NCBI GenBank assembly: GCA_032718475.1
Contig: JAUCBJ010006819.1
Location: 1 to 64,000 of the forward strand
Direction of reading: 5' to 3'
DNA length: 64,000 nt
DNA from: Nemertoderma westbladi
Lineage: Eukaryota > Animalia > Xenacoelomorpha
In this document: positions 22,549 to 35,479 of the stretch, piece after piece
Layout of the letters: every line of letters starts with the position of its first letter
How positions within the stretch are numbered: position 1 is the stretch's first letter
Position numbers and translations under genes: made by a program
The notes under the pieces: generated by a model
Seen by the model: the letters and a program-made list of their open reading frames with translations, nothing else
What the model was told of the DNA's origin: nothing
Database searches by the model: none

Positions 22549-25500
22549 ACATAACCGTGGTTGTCTGTGTATCGCAGTTAGTTTGCGGCGAGGATTGAAA
22601 GCATTCATGTTCGTTCACACATGGGATTTAACTGGCGCCTATGGTATGGAAAGCAGATATAAACAATATCTGTGATTAGAGATGCTAGGCTGGAGATTCT
22701 AGAATTTAACTTTGATAGAACACACGATCGTGCAATAACTACGTACTCCCCTTTTAAAAATTTCAAGTGCGGTGTTTTAAAATACGAACGCACCCTGCGA
22801 TGGTTATAATTATATACGTTAAATGTAATCTTATCAAAGTGTTCTGGGGTAAGTAAATTTATTGGAATGTTGAAAGATTTAATTAAAGGAAAGGTTTTCT
22901 TTCTTTAAAAATTAAATGTTAAACACCATATTTCGTTACACTCGTGTTATACAGTAGTTGAATATAGTGGGTTGTAGCTGATTGTTGTTAGCGCCAGTAT
23001 ACAGTTGCTGGATCACTCGCACCAATACTGCCTGCATATCGTTAAATATACCATCTCGACATATCGGTACTTTAGGTTTCTATGGGTGCATATGTTGTGG
23101 GGCAAGCCACGAAGTCTAGGTGAGCCTTTGTGTAGCTGTATATAATACGGGACAGCTGAACGCTAATAAGTCGGTCAATCTTTGATGAAATGGAAACAAT
23201 TTGGTCCAGATGTGGTCTATCAAAACTTTAGAAATTCTACACCAAGACAGAGTAATATAGTTCCACTGTCGGCCGCTATGGGGAGTGACCAGGTCCACTA
23301 ATTTTACAACTACGCAAAGGCTCATGTAGATTGGTGCTGCGCGAAGCCCCACACTCGTGTTATAATATACTGCTTTGAGTCGTTTTGAGATGTTTTGAGT
23401 CGAATATCTTTTCAATTAACGTTAAGGTCAAGTAGTAAATGTACAAGATATTAATAAAATTGTTTCATTTTATATTATGCTTACTATATTCTCACTGACA
23501 TCAAAGATACTCTGAAAACAAAACTCCCAAGTGTCGTCGGTGGTGTTTATTGCGTGAAAACAAAACCCCTGGCATACTGTTCAGTATTCATGGGTATTGA
23601 AAATGACGGTGTTTTAAGAAAATTACTTACAAAATAATAAAAAAATGGCCTATATTCTTTGTATGTGCGTACAGGTTTACAATATAAATATTATGTATGT
23701 ATAGTTAGTCATATCATTCAGAAATTAATGGAATTGTTCATGACTTGATATTTATTTTATGAATATATTCTATAATTCGGCGCGACTGATTTCTTAATCT
23801 TATTTAATAAAGGACAACGTCAGATTTTTCTAGCCTACAATGAAATAAAGTTATTTTATATTACTGTATAAATATGAAACTGATATTATGCACTTTATCA
23901 AAACCATGTATAATAGTGTTGTGGCAGTGTCCTCAAGAATTGATTAAATTTTCGGCTGTGGGCGATGCGAAAATTGTTGGAACTCCAAAAACGGTACACC
24001 GCTTCGGTTAGAAGCACATTTATCTCAATAAGAAAATTTCGATTGCCACGTCCATTTTTCTGCTATCAAAAATAGCACATCGATCAATTTATAGAGCCTA
24101 AATTTTCTAAAAATGCATCTCAGAAAAACCGAAAATAGCAATGTTAGAAACAATATTACACCAAAAATTAGAAAATGTAAAACCAACTTTAGATTTTAGT
24201 TCAGATTTTGCCCCGCTCTAAATATCGAATCGCCCATTCTTGAAGTACTTCTTTCAATAGATAACTGGAACTGCGTCCTCGGAAACCCATATACATTCCA
24301 TTTACCAAAATCAAGTGAAGATTCGTGGAAAAATTAGCAATTTAGTCCTTGAACATCCTTTTTACTTTGTTTGAAAATTGTCGTAAATGGTTTTAAATAA
24401 TTTTTAAGTTGTATGGCTTTGAAATGTTGAACGGTATATAGTATACCCATATTGGCCAACAACTCTGAAGGTTATCGCATGCACGCAAGGTTGCAAAAAT
24501 ATATTGGGTTAATATTACCATTATGTATTGTATTAAGTTGACACACTATAATGTAACGAAGGGTAAATGTTAAAAAATTTATTTTAACAATCGAAAATAT
24601 AAAAAATATGTAATATAAACAATTTAAATATAAAGGTCTAGCCGCGGTGTAATTTATCGCAAATAAAACGAATTGGCATTTATACATAATGGCGAATTCA
24701 ATTTCATCACCTCAAAACTAAATATTGTTGCGCTCATCTTCTTGAATGATGGAGGAGTTTGACGTTGCCGACAGAAAGGTTGTTTTAAATTTTTTCGCTT
24801 CATTTGTAAGCTAAACTGGTCTTAGGAGAGATTGTGGGGGGGGGGGGGGGGCTACTCATCCCCAGATTACACTTAATAATCTAACAAGGCGAACCGAACA
24901 AACTCACGGTAATAGCGTGCTACAGCACCGAGAGTAATCCCAATGAAAGAAACTCAATTTAACTTGAGTGAGCCATTTAAACTGAAGCGAATTCCATTTA
25001 CGGTCGACCTACTGGCCCAAACATAAAGTGCCCAACCCCTTACAGATACAGTCCTCTCCCCGGGTGTAATCCACCGCCTTTACCTCCAACCTGGGTTACT
25101 TTGGTCTCGAGGGGACCAACACTGTCCCTAACTCACTGGCCTCGCCTACGGTACCACACGCGCCTACAATAATGAGTGGACTAATTCGATTGAGACTTTT
25201 CCAAGAGTTTGAGTTTGGTTGCCTACAGTTACAGGATATTGGTGAGGAAAACTAAACTAAGGCGTGTGAAAAGGGTGTTTAATGATAAGGTTACTAGCTA
25301 AACTCTTATGAAATTGGAAAATCTGAACGGATGACATTAACTACTTCATTTGAAATGAATTATAAAATTATAAAATTAATGGTAAAACCGCACATGAGGC
25401 GAGTCAGCAATCTGTTATTAATTAATATTAAACTACAGTCGTTTTCCAACGGGGGGTGTGGGGGTGTGTGAGATAGAGGCCTTGCATAACTGTGGGATCG

Positions 25501-26116
25501 GAAGTCAATATAACTAGCCAGTAGCCATAAAGACATAGTACAGTATAATGGTAATCTTTAGATGGCCGCTTACTGTTATACAGTACTAAGGCCCCACATG
25601 TAATATTGTACATATTATTATGACTTTATCGGCTGTATAACTTTGGTACTATAAACGCTGCAAGGAAGTGTGAATCGGTCGTGCCTAGAATAGTCAACTA
25701 TACTCGTCTCTATTACAAGCATCGTTGCGCTCGGCCTGTTTTGTTTAAAAATATTCTTCCAAAACTTAGACTGACAACCTTTATAACTATACAAAAACAA
25801 TATTTTTGGATAAAACAAGATATTATATTTTTATTAAATCCGTTGACGAATAACATAAAGACACGTATAAGATAACTTACTACTAAACTGCAACATATTG
25901 AGGCTACCGTTTGATTGATATAAAAGGAATAAACACTGAAAATGGTAGCCTATTATTCCCGTTTTAAAAGATCAGTCAGACGACAAAGATTCCCTTAACA
26001 GTTTTGTATTAATCAAGAAGTTTTAGGGATTTAAACGACGGCTCACAAAATGAGTCAGGTCCCACCATATTTAACTTATCTGCACTCAGTTAATTAATCC
26101 GCAAAACAATAACTTC

Positions 26117-27262
26117 TCAATGAGCCATTAATTCCGTGCCCAACTCTTCCACCGATGGCTCGTAGGCCTGATCCGACGGGGTGACAACGACCCCCTCCCA
26201 GATGCTCATATCTTTATCAACATTACTCGCTCCCACCAACCCGAGCACATGCGGGTCCCCGCCGTGCGTCAGCACCCGCAGAAGCGTCTGCGCCGTGTAG
26301 CAGACGAGATCCTGCTCCTCCAGACTGAGATCCTGGTGGACACGCTTCTGGCCGTATTCGCAGGGATCCACGATCCCAAGCGATCCGGGAAGGAAAATTC
26401 CCGAGGAGAGTAGTTGTAGAACCCGTCTGTAGGCCGCGTTTATAGGGAGTGGATCCCCTGAGGGTGTGTTCATTACCGAGTAGTGAGCGAGTAGATCCAA
26501 CATCCAAACGTGGATCGGCTGCAAACCCGAGAACCGACGCTGTAAATCCTTTAACAGACGCACGAGAACCTTGATCGCGGAGTGGCTGGCGTACTCCTCG
26601 AACCATTTAGTGTGTCGAACCATCGCCAAGTTCATCTGGAGCCCTTTAAACGGGAGATGTAACTCCGGATCGAGTTGACGTAGATTGGGGGGGATTGTTG
26701 CTATGAGCAACCGGACACACGCCGACGGAGACTTTACCAGAACGCCATCCTCTCCCGGAATCAGTGTGAGAACCTCTTTATTGTCCGCATCCTTCATGTT
26801 CTCTACGATTTTCTGTCCGAGACTCGCGACCGCCTGTATCGTAGGTAAACTCTTTAGTATAACGACTAAATCCGCAGTGTTACTCCCTGCCATCATCGTA
26901 CCTTTCTTAAACGAACCAACCTGCTTCACCTCATCGATAGTAACCTCAAACTTATCGGGTGGAGCCACTATCAACGCCTCCACGGCGCTCTGTACCTTGG
27001 CTACCAGGTTCAGCACAGACGTCTGTTCCTCGGGGGTTGGGGTTAAGTCCTGGGATCGTTTAACTAGCGCCTGCTGGAAGGCCGATTCGTTGGGGGGCTC
27101 CCCGACTCGTGTGAAGTGGGACTCTTGCACCTGGACCATGTCGAAGGGTTGATGGACCACTAGCGGTTTCGGGGGTTTGTGTTGGAAGTTGGGGCCCGCA
27201 CCCCCGCGGTTCCCACGCCCGCGGTGGTTACTATGGAAAATACCTCGACCACGTCCGCCCAT
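26117..27262 (-). CDS. ILF2: Interleukin enhancer-binding factor 2 (NF45, DZF domain), intronless
   Basis: RG-rich N-terminus, KRSQDLTPT, QVGSFKKGTMMAG..ADLVVILK.LPT, RHTKWFEE, GIFLPGS.GI.DPCE, QD.VCYTAQTLLRVL.HGG. Confidence 0.95.
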   Translation of the reverse strand: MGGRGRGIFHSNHRGRGNRGGAGPNFQHKPPKPLVVHQPFDMVQVQESHFTRVGEPPNESAFQQALVKRSQDLTPTPEEQTSVLNLVAKVQSAVEALIVAPPDKFEVTIDEVKQVGSFKKGTMMAGSNTADLVVILKSLPTIQAVASLGQKIVENMKDADNKEVLTLIPGEDGVLVKSPSACVRLLIATIPPNLRQLDPELHLPFKGLQMNLAMVRHTKWFEEYASHSAIKVLVRLLKDLQRRFSGLQPIHVWMLDLLAHYSVMNTPSGDPLPINAAYRRVLQLLSSGIFLPGSLGIVDPCEYGQKRVHQDLSLEEQDLVCYTAQTLLRVLTHGGDPHVLGLVGASNVDKDMSIWEGVVVTPSDQAYEPSVEELGTELMAH

Positions 27263-27391
27263 ACCGACCGCGAATCTTTATCTGATTATGTTCCGAACAG
27301 CCGAAAACAGGAATATGGAATATAAGTAGACTAGGCAGCTAGGACTGTAGGAGAGGATAGGCTACCTACCGAAACTATATAGGCCTATACC

Positions 27392-29559
27392 CATGGCCGG
27401 CGCCAGGATTTTTCTTGGGGGGTGCAGATGTTGAAAAAGCGGACCTTTTTTGTTACCATCGAAACAAAATATTATTGCTGCATTGGACCGGTATCAGTTT
27501 AGGCCGCTAACCTAGAAAACTTTATACTTTGTATCAGATAGTTAGAAAAAGTTAGAGTGAACCTATTAAATGATATGATTAAATGATACTAAATTATGGA
27601 CGCAATAAAAATTCATCCCTCTCCAGGGGAAATTCCGACACAAATAAAGTCTGATTACTCTCAAAAATAAAACTATACTACACTGTACTATACTGTACTA
27701 TTGTGTTTAGTTTATTGTTTTGGTTAAAATAACGTGCCACTGTAACCTGCTCCTTTCCCTAAATTGAGAATTTAACATTGAGGCGGGACATGAATTCGCC
27801 AAGGCAGGTTTTGCGTTTCCCTCCTGTCTCCAACGAAGTATTTTGATTTTGATATAATAAACCCACCAGTATTCTAACTTATACTGTGAAATACTTCTAA
27901 CACATTCAAATTAATGAATTTAAAAAATACTTAAAAATCTTACTTAAAAAATATTTAATTCAACAATAAAACAACCTAGACTTTAATTTGGTTGAACAAA
28001 TGGTTGATTACTGCAGACTGCTACTGGAATATTGGATGGAGTGAGTAAAACGGAATAGGTTATTTTAATTAGATCGGATTTTAATCAACCTTGATTTAAC
28101 CCTATCTGACCCGGGCTATTTTACAACGTAATTGGCCCGGGGGGGGGGGGGGGTCATTTTAGATCTTGGCTCAAAAATTACAATTTTGATGGTATAAGGG
28201 TTTTCGAGGTCGCTGATCACGATGAAACTAGTTATAAATATTTATGGTAATTCAAACCCAATTTTGGTGCCATTCTGGTGCCCCAGAACGAAAAGTACAA
28301 GTAGCACAAAATTTTAAATTGTAAAATTTTGCCTTTGGTTGGGTAATTCTGAGGCTATACTGTTTTTCAAGGTCGCTGATCACGATACAACTCGTTAAAA
28401 ATCATTCGTGGTGGTAACAAACTATCATTTTTGATCTTTGTCTGGTGGGACGAAAAATACAAGTAGCAAAAATTTTCAAATGGCAAAAATCGAATTTGGT
28501 TGGATAATTATTAGTATTATTAACAGTATTATTAGTATTACACGAAAATCGTCAATACCATAAACATTAAAATGTATGTAATGTACCCATGTCGTAGGCC
28601 TATAAGTGCCGCCTAAACTACTGCATCAGAAAGTTCAGAATGCGACAAGTTATGTGGTGCAATAAAAAATAAAACCTGGAGGTGGTTAGGGTTACAGTTA
28701 CCAGTAACAGGTATGCCTAAGCTGGTAAAAATGCAGAAATTTGATTTGATGGTTGGTTATGGTACCGTACCCATGCAGCTAAACTTAGATTTTAGGCAAT
28801 CGCATCTTACAGCCTATAATAAAACAGGAAAATCGGCTGATTATAACAAAATCAAACCAGCTATTTAGTATAAAAGTATACAGGAAGTAGGACAGTACTG
28901 GCAGACTGGTGGTCTGGTATTGCTACCAGTAGTATACTAAGGTTGAATTGAATTGCCGACCTATTGTCTGTTAGTTGCTTGTTGCTGCTACCCGTACATA
29001 AAAGTATACAGGAAGTAGGACAGTACTGGTAGTCTGGTATTGCTACCAGTAGTATACTAAGGTTGAATTGAATTGCCGACCTATTGTCTGATAGTTGCTT
29101 GTTGCTGCTACCCGTACATAAAAGTATACAGGAAGTAGGACAGTACTGGTGGTCTGGTATTGCTACCAGTAGTATACTAAGGTTGAATTGAATTGCCGAC
29201 CTATTGTCTGATAGTTGCTTGTTGCTGCTACCTGTACTAAACACTAAACCGAAAGTAAATGAACTAAACATTGAAAATATATAAATAACTTGCAGGTAAT
29301 GTAATAGAGGTGTAGTGTCTAGTGGTATCGGTATGATGTTCACTGTTGACAGCAAGTAATACCAGAACACCCAGTAATATAAATGGACAGAAATCTGATT
29401 AGAATAAGATTCAAGTGACTGTGTGTTCTTTTGGTTTAATAATTACACAAAAATTTTTGTATTTGTCCACAATGAAAATATATTCGTCCAATTGCGGACC
29501 TTTTCTCACTTTTTGGGGGGTGCAGCTGCACCCCTTGCACCCCATTGGCGCCGGCCATG
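27392..29559. mobile_element. Non-autonomous hAT-type DNA transposon
   Basis: 14-bp TIRs CATGGCCGGCGCCA / TGGCGCCGGCCATG. Exact 8-bp TSD CCTATACC at 27384-27391 and 29560-29567. No transposase ORF. Confidence 0.85.
28872..29237. repeat. 120-bp tandem repeat, 3 copies, inside the hAT element
   Basis: Sequence lines at 28921, 29041 and 29161 are near-identical. Confidence 0.95.
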
Positions 29560-29975
29560 CCTATACCAGTATACTGCAGTACTGAATACTGATATAGGGT
29601 ATAGTACTGTCAGACTGTCACTGTAGTATCAAAAAGTTAAATTGCAACCAGTGACCAGTAAACCTAAAAATGTAAAATCATCTACAGATCTACCGACATG
29701 TGGCAAGTCTACTGACTACTGACAGTTTGCTGTTGAATTTGAATTAACCACCATGATATTCCTTCTTTTATTGTATGTATGATACATTTTTATATATGAA
29801 AAGCTCTGTATGATTGACTCATACAACGTCAACAATTTAAAGAATTCTTCATTTTGAATTTCCCACACGTTTATTTGTAGAACGGAGTACGAATATCTTT
29901 ATCAGCCAATAATTGCAAGGTATGTAATTAGTGTGTCTTACTTGGGGACAGGACAAGTTCACTATGTTTCGCATT

Positions 29976-29988
29976 GTTGCCTAGTAAC
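29976..29988 (+). promoter_or_regulatory. RFX X-box
   Basis: GTTGCCTAGTAAC matches the RFX consensus and lies about 190 bp upstream of a ciliary gene start. Confidence 0.7.
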
Positions 29989-30163
29989 AATGTTGGCAAG
30001 ATATTTCAATACATAGCTAATATAAAATTAGAGAGTAATAGAGTTACGAAATTTTATAATCACCATAAATACATTCTAAATTAATTACCATTTATTACTT
30101 TGAAAAAATGTAATATAATTGTTTCAAATATTTATAAGAATTAATTTCGATTATCAAAACCAG

Positions 30164-32107
30164 ATGATGCCGACTAGAAACACCATCAATGCCAAACCTA
30201 ATCAATTTTACGAGGTTGAAGTTCCTCAACATATAAAACTACATCGTGAAACTCAACGAAATCAAACACAAACCAACGGGACGACCGTTCAAATCCAACA
30301 GCGCAGGGCCAATAAACCCATAGCATCTAAACATTACACCGCAAAGGGAAAACCGCAATCCACAATTACAAACGGTACGCGACCGCGTCTTCCGATTGCA
30401 GAAAAAGAAGTTATTGCTGACGACGATAATTATAGCGCCGATGGTTTTGAAACAGATGAAGATGAAGTTTACGAGAATCATGAGGAGTTTGCAAAGGGAG
30501 ATCATGTAATGCCAAATAAACCGTTTATATACGGGGAGCACCAACATTTAGTCCATAAAAAAACTACGAGTAAGAGACAGACTGGGACACACAAGCCGCC
30601 AACGAGTGTATTACGGACGCCAACCAACGATGGTAACAGTTTCCAAACGTTACCAATAAATGACAGAAAAGTGAAAAAATTAGAAGATAAACTAACGGAA
30701 TTCGCATCGACTATAGAACTACTTCAAGAGGAGAATAAATTGCTCAAACGGGTGCAACGAAGATATGAACGCGCATTGAATAAGTACGAAGGTGAAGACG
30801 GTGATTTTGCTAGAGAATTTAGGGACCACGCCACAGAGGTAAAAGTGTTAAAAAACCGCGTAAAGATGTATAAGTCGAGAGATGAGGAAACATCGCGTAA
30901 GTACATGGAGCAAAATCACGAAATTATACGTCTTAAGGATAAGATCATGAAGTTGAAGACTCTTGTTGATAAACATAACTTGGAAGAGCGTGAGACACTG
31001 GAATATAATCTCAGTGGACTTGAAAATGAGTTGGAGGTTAAAGATAAGCAAATATTGGATCTGGAGAAGAAGCTAATTCTTTCGCAGAAAAATTATTTAA
31101 GTGAGTGCAGCGGCGTGAGGGGAAAATTACGCCGAGCCGAGACGGAATGTGATCGTTTATCAAAAGATTTAAGAGAGGCTAAATTCCATATCACTGAAAA
31201 AGAGAAGGAACTGAGTTTGAAGAATATTTACTCGCAGAGAATCTACAAACATCCGGTCGGTTCTGGTTCCGTCCGTGGTGCAACGAATTCTGCAGAAAGT
31301 TTATCAGGTCGGCAAAGAAATACAACGGTTATTGACAAGTCGACAATGACGTCGGAAGATATAGAATCGGATAGACAAAATGAAGACGCGTCGGAAAATC
31401 GACATAACAATGTCTTTGAAACTTCCACGGAATTAAACACAGATATTATAGGCCACGGATCAGCTCATGATGGTAGTGTTGATAGCGACAACATCGATGT
31501 CACCGAGAAATCTCATGAAATAGTGGATGAAAATCAGACGCCGAGTTCACAACAAACTACTAATATAGAAAATACAATAGATAGACAAGATAGAAGCAGC
31601 GAGATTGGAGTAGATTCTAATTACTTACAGACACCCCACGACGATAATCCAGAACATGATGAGTTGGAATACCCATCAACATTGAATGTTATAAACAACA
31701 CCGATGGTCCAGAAAGAGTCAACATTCAAGACGAAAATACAAGCATGAATAAATCATTGGAACAACAGGAGCAACTTGACAATCATGTTGATGATAAAGA
31801 TGAACAGAAGACCAAAGATGAAACAAAGCTAACGGCTAGGTCTAATGACAAAGCAGGCGCCAAGGAAACACAAACTGATTTAAATAATTTTGTTGTAAAA
31901 GATGTTAATTCGCAACAAAATGGAATACCTGTAAAAGGTGCAACAAGAGATAGTGGTGGTGCAAAAGCAAACATTTCTAAAAGAAATAATAAGCAAGAAG
32001 ACGTAGGGGAATATAAACCATCTTATAATAAACCAATTAGAATGGCAAACTTAGGACCTCCTCTGCGAAAACAGTATCAAAAAGTAAAAAGCCCTAAAGT
32101 ATCATAA
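30164..32107 (+). CDS. Lebercilin (LCA5/LCA5L)-family ciliary coiled-coil protein
   Basis: LQEENKLLKRVQRRYERALNKYE...H..EVKVLK...NLEERE.L...LEKKL...L..KNIYSQRI. First ATG at 30164; acidic low-complexity C-terminus. Confidence 0.8.
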   Translation: MMPTRNTINAKPNQFYEVEVPQHIKLHRETQRNQTQTNGTTVQIQQRRANKPIASKHYTAKGKPQSTITNGTRPRLPIAEKEVIADDDNYSADGFETDEDEVYENHEEFAKGDHVMPNKPFIYGEHQHLVHKKTTSKRQTGTHKPPTSVLRTPTNDGNSFQTLPINDRKVKKLEDKLTEFASTIELLQEENKLLKRVQRRYERALNKYEGEDGDFAREFRDHATEVKVLKNRVKMYKSRDEETSRKYMEQNHEIIRLKDKIMKLKTLVDKHNLEERETLEYNLSGLENELEVKDKQILDLEKKLILSQKNYLSECSGVRGKLRRAETECDRLSKDLREAKFHITEKEKELSLKNIYSQRIYKHPVGSGSVRGATNSAESLSGRQRNTTVIDKSTMTSEDIESDRQNEDASENRHNNVFETSTELNTDIIGHGSAHDGSVDSDNIDVTEKSHEIVDENQTPSSQQTTNIENTIDRQDRSSEIGVDSNYLQTPHDDNPEHDELEYPSTLNVINNTDGPERVNIQDENTSMNKSLEQQEQLDNHVDDKDEQKTKDETKLTARSNDKAGAKETQTDLNNFVVKDVNSQQNGIPVKGATRDSGGAKANISKRNNKQEDVGEYKPSYNKPIRMANLGPPLRKQYQKVKSPKVS

Positions 32108-33198
32108 TATCTTTGTGTCAACATACGAAATGTAATGGCCATTATTAATAACAAGTAGCAATTGTTAAAGCTTTTATCATTTGATATAGGTATGCCCAGC
32201 AAAATGGTATTTTCGTCGTTTGGTATTTCCAGTTTGGTCTCATAATTGCTTGTACGCAAGCCACTGTAATAGTAATTGTTAGTTTGTTTATAATGAATGT
32301 ACGAAAAGTGTTTGAAAACTACAAGAAAAGTCAATTGCTAGTTGTTATTAATATTAGGCCGAAATTATAGCGATAATGTTGTTTAACTTACTGTTTATAA
32401 AATAATCTAGTATCTACTGTAGTAATCAACGACAGTTGTTTATGTTTAATGTGTGAGTTAATATTTTGATAGTACGGTTTTTTTACTTTTTAATTTACTA
32501 GTTGGCGTAAATTATTTAATTTAACCCATAATAAAGTTAATTACCCTGGTTAAATAATTAATTTATAATAAATGTTATTCCCCATTACAAACTGTTTAAA
32601 ATAACAATACAATGGTGGGCTATGTAAAAAAATATCCGAATTCGCCCTAGGGAAAATAACCAGTTATTAATCCTATCCCGCTTTTGGTAGCTTAGTTACA
32701 GCCAATCAATTTGAATATAATAATAAAATATAAAATATTCGCATATTAATAGGTTCCATCCACTAGCTACCATGGTTACAATTCACAACCACTTTGTTTA
32801 GAACTTATTACAGAGTTGTCAGCAGATGATCCCGTAAGACAGCGACAGTAATGTAGAGAGGCCTTGCATACGTGGATGGTAGTTAGGTGTAGTAAATCTG
32901 GAACCGATTTTAAGATTGAGACCTGATAATATGAGGAGAGTTCTAGAAATTCACATTTGTTGCAATTCCTTCAATGATCCAATGTCCCTTTCATATTCAA
33001 GCAACTGAATTTTATGTTAGCTATGTTTTAGATAAACATAGCTATTATTTTCGACACTGGTTCCGTTCTCCTACTTTCCCCTATAAATTTTTTATCGTAG
33101 CATTTGTTAATTTTTCTATATAATTTCAATTTTTTATACTGTAGTTCCTTTTGAAAAAATATTATTCTAGAAAGAATATCGTTTTGACTGGAGTTCCT

Positions 33199-33752
33199 TA
33201 TAGCACTACATTTGTAAAACATATATCATTGTTACTATGGCAACGTTAAATAGTTGTAGAACAAATGAAATGTATTATATACTATTCTAGAACATAAATA
33301 AAATAAAATATATTACGTTCTAGAATTTATAGCTAGTTTTTATTAATTTAAAAATAGCTAGTAAATTAAATATGATTGTATTTAAATGAATTTCTGAATA
33401 CATGTAAATGAATATTGAAAATTGGTATATTTCTAACATATACCGGTAGCTAGTTTTTTTTAATTAAAATAGGCCTAGCTAGTAGATTAAAAAAATTTAT
33501 TTTTAGTAAATTTCAAAATAAATTTAAATGAATATTGAAAGTTTCCAAACTACAGTACCAAACATTAATAAAAAGTTTTTTATATTTTTTTTAAATTTCT
33601 AGCTATTTTAAAATTAAAAAATAACTAGCTATATATTCCAGAACGTTATAATTTTAATTTTATTTATGTTCTAGAATAGTGTTCTAGAAGTTCTAGAACT
33701 CTACAATGTTGCCATGGTAAACATGATTTATGGAATAAAATGTAGTGCTACA
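33199..33752. mobile_element. AT-rich foldback/MITE element
   Basis: tagcactacattt...gttactatggcaac...ttctagaacataaataaaat is mirrored by attttatttatgttctagaa...gttgccatggtaa...aaatgtagtgcta. Confidence 0.7.
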
Positions 33753-34720
33753 CGGATACGTAACTGTTACCTTAGTTTTAATATTGTCTGCGTCAAGAGT
33801 CAGTCCCCCAATCTGCAAAACTGTAATAACAAAAGTACTACACCGCAGTCACAGTTATAGTTATAGTATTTGATACCTTAATGTGCACTTAATTTATAAG
33901 TATACTATATCTAATTGAATAACATTATCTGAGCACTCGAGAGCAGGTTATTCAAGAAATATCGATCGTTGGGGAGATAGGGGGGGGGGGGGGGGGGAAA
34001 TTTGACCCATCTCGGCGAATTCATATTTCGTCTTAATGTTAAATTAAACAAATAACAATAAATTATAAAACAATACATTACAATAAATTAAAGACAATAG
34101 AAAAGGTTACAGTGGTATTTTTAGTAGTGATCAGCTGTTATCTGCGTCGATTTTACCCTGGAGCGGCATAAAAGTAAAAAAAAAGTAAAATTTTTATTCG
34201 GCCGTTAGGCCAGGAATTCCGTGCAAAGTAGGACGACTTAATTCCAGTGCGGTCCCTCTCGAACTATACTCCCCAATGGAATAGCCAGTACTCATTTAGC
34301 TATCATTTAAGGATGCAAGCAAAAATTTGCCCTTGTTACACCCGCTTTTTATTATGTCGAAAGTCCCCTTATCTGTAGCTGGGAAATAAATCTGAGAAAT
34401 AGAGCTATAACATTTACGCTGTTACCTACTATATAAATACATAATTTAATAAATTTATTGCTCTACTGTAGAAAGGCCACATATGAAAGCATTAAAAATG
34501 ACTGAAATAGTAGACATAAAATAAGATTACTGAAATAATGTCTACCATAAGTCATATTCGTTGAATAGGAACAAAATAGTGATAATGCATAGTTATTTCC
34601 CCCCAAAATGCCACGCCCCATTTTTAATCAACTCCCCCCAAACAAAACCCTTTTAGAAATGTTTGAAGCCTTAGCAATAAATTACTCGTTGGTGAGTGAA
34701 AGTAATGGGGAATAACACAC

Positions 34721-34853
34721 TTATTACCCTATTATTGAGTTATTTTCCCGGTTATTTAACCCTTGGGCAGGAACACCCTCGGGCTTCGCCCTCGGGTTGT
34801 TTCCTGCCCGCGGGTTAAATAACCGGGAAAATAACTCAATAATAGGGTAATAA
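34721..34853. repeat. Near-perfect palindrome (hairpin element)
   Basis: ttattaccctattattgagttattttcccggttatttaaccc is an exact inverse of the right arm. The centre is ctcgggcttcgccctcg. Confidence 0.9.
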
Positions 34854-35479
34854 ATATAGTTATTATGATATTATACAGTATGTATATTTTGTGTTTGAAT
34901 GTGTTTATTGGGTTATGTCATAGTGTCAGCCTGCCGGCATTGCCCTACAGTAGTGCAATCCTCGAAACAATGTGACCACAATCACTCGCTCAGCCATACT
35001 GTACATATTCCAGACCGTCTATGTTCCCAAGTCTAAGGTCCCTGAGCAGCGCAGCAGGCTAAGTTATGTTATATACTGTAATACCGCACTACTGTATGTA
35101 TGTATACCTTACATCCATCCCCATGAATGAAACCAACTACAGAATACCAATTGAGTCAGTATATTAACTGTAGCGAAAGTACGAAAGTCGTGAATCCTTC
35201 TTAGTATTTTGAACATGCGTTGACTTACCACAAGGTTGAATAATTTAAAGAAATATAATATGCGTCGGGATTCCTCTATACCTTACTGTAGACTTCTGGT
35301 GGAAACACCAATAGATAGGCCTACCATCTATGTACCTGGGCGTATAGAGGTTCAATCCATTGCATTGAATTCACATATCTCCTGAGGTCGCGGGTTCGAT
35401 ACCAGCATGGAGGTCGCCGTTAGGGGAGTTTTCATCTGGAAAGGAATGCTTTAAAGGGAATAACCAGTATACATCTCTG

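Noticed and set aside
24833-25158. Possible solo LTR (TGTGG...CCACA)
   Set aside because: There is no target-site duplication and no second copy in the window.
28861-29370. 169-aa ORF
   Set aside because: It is a translation of the 120-bp tandem repeat inside a non-autonomous transposon.
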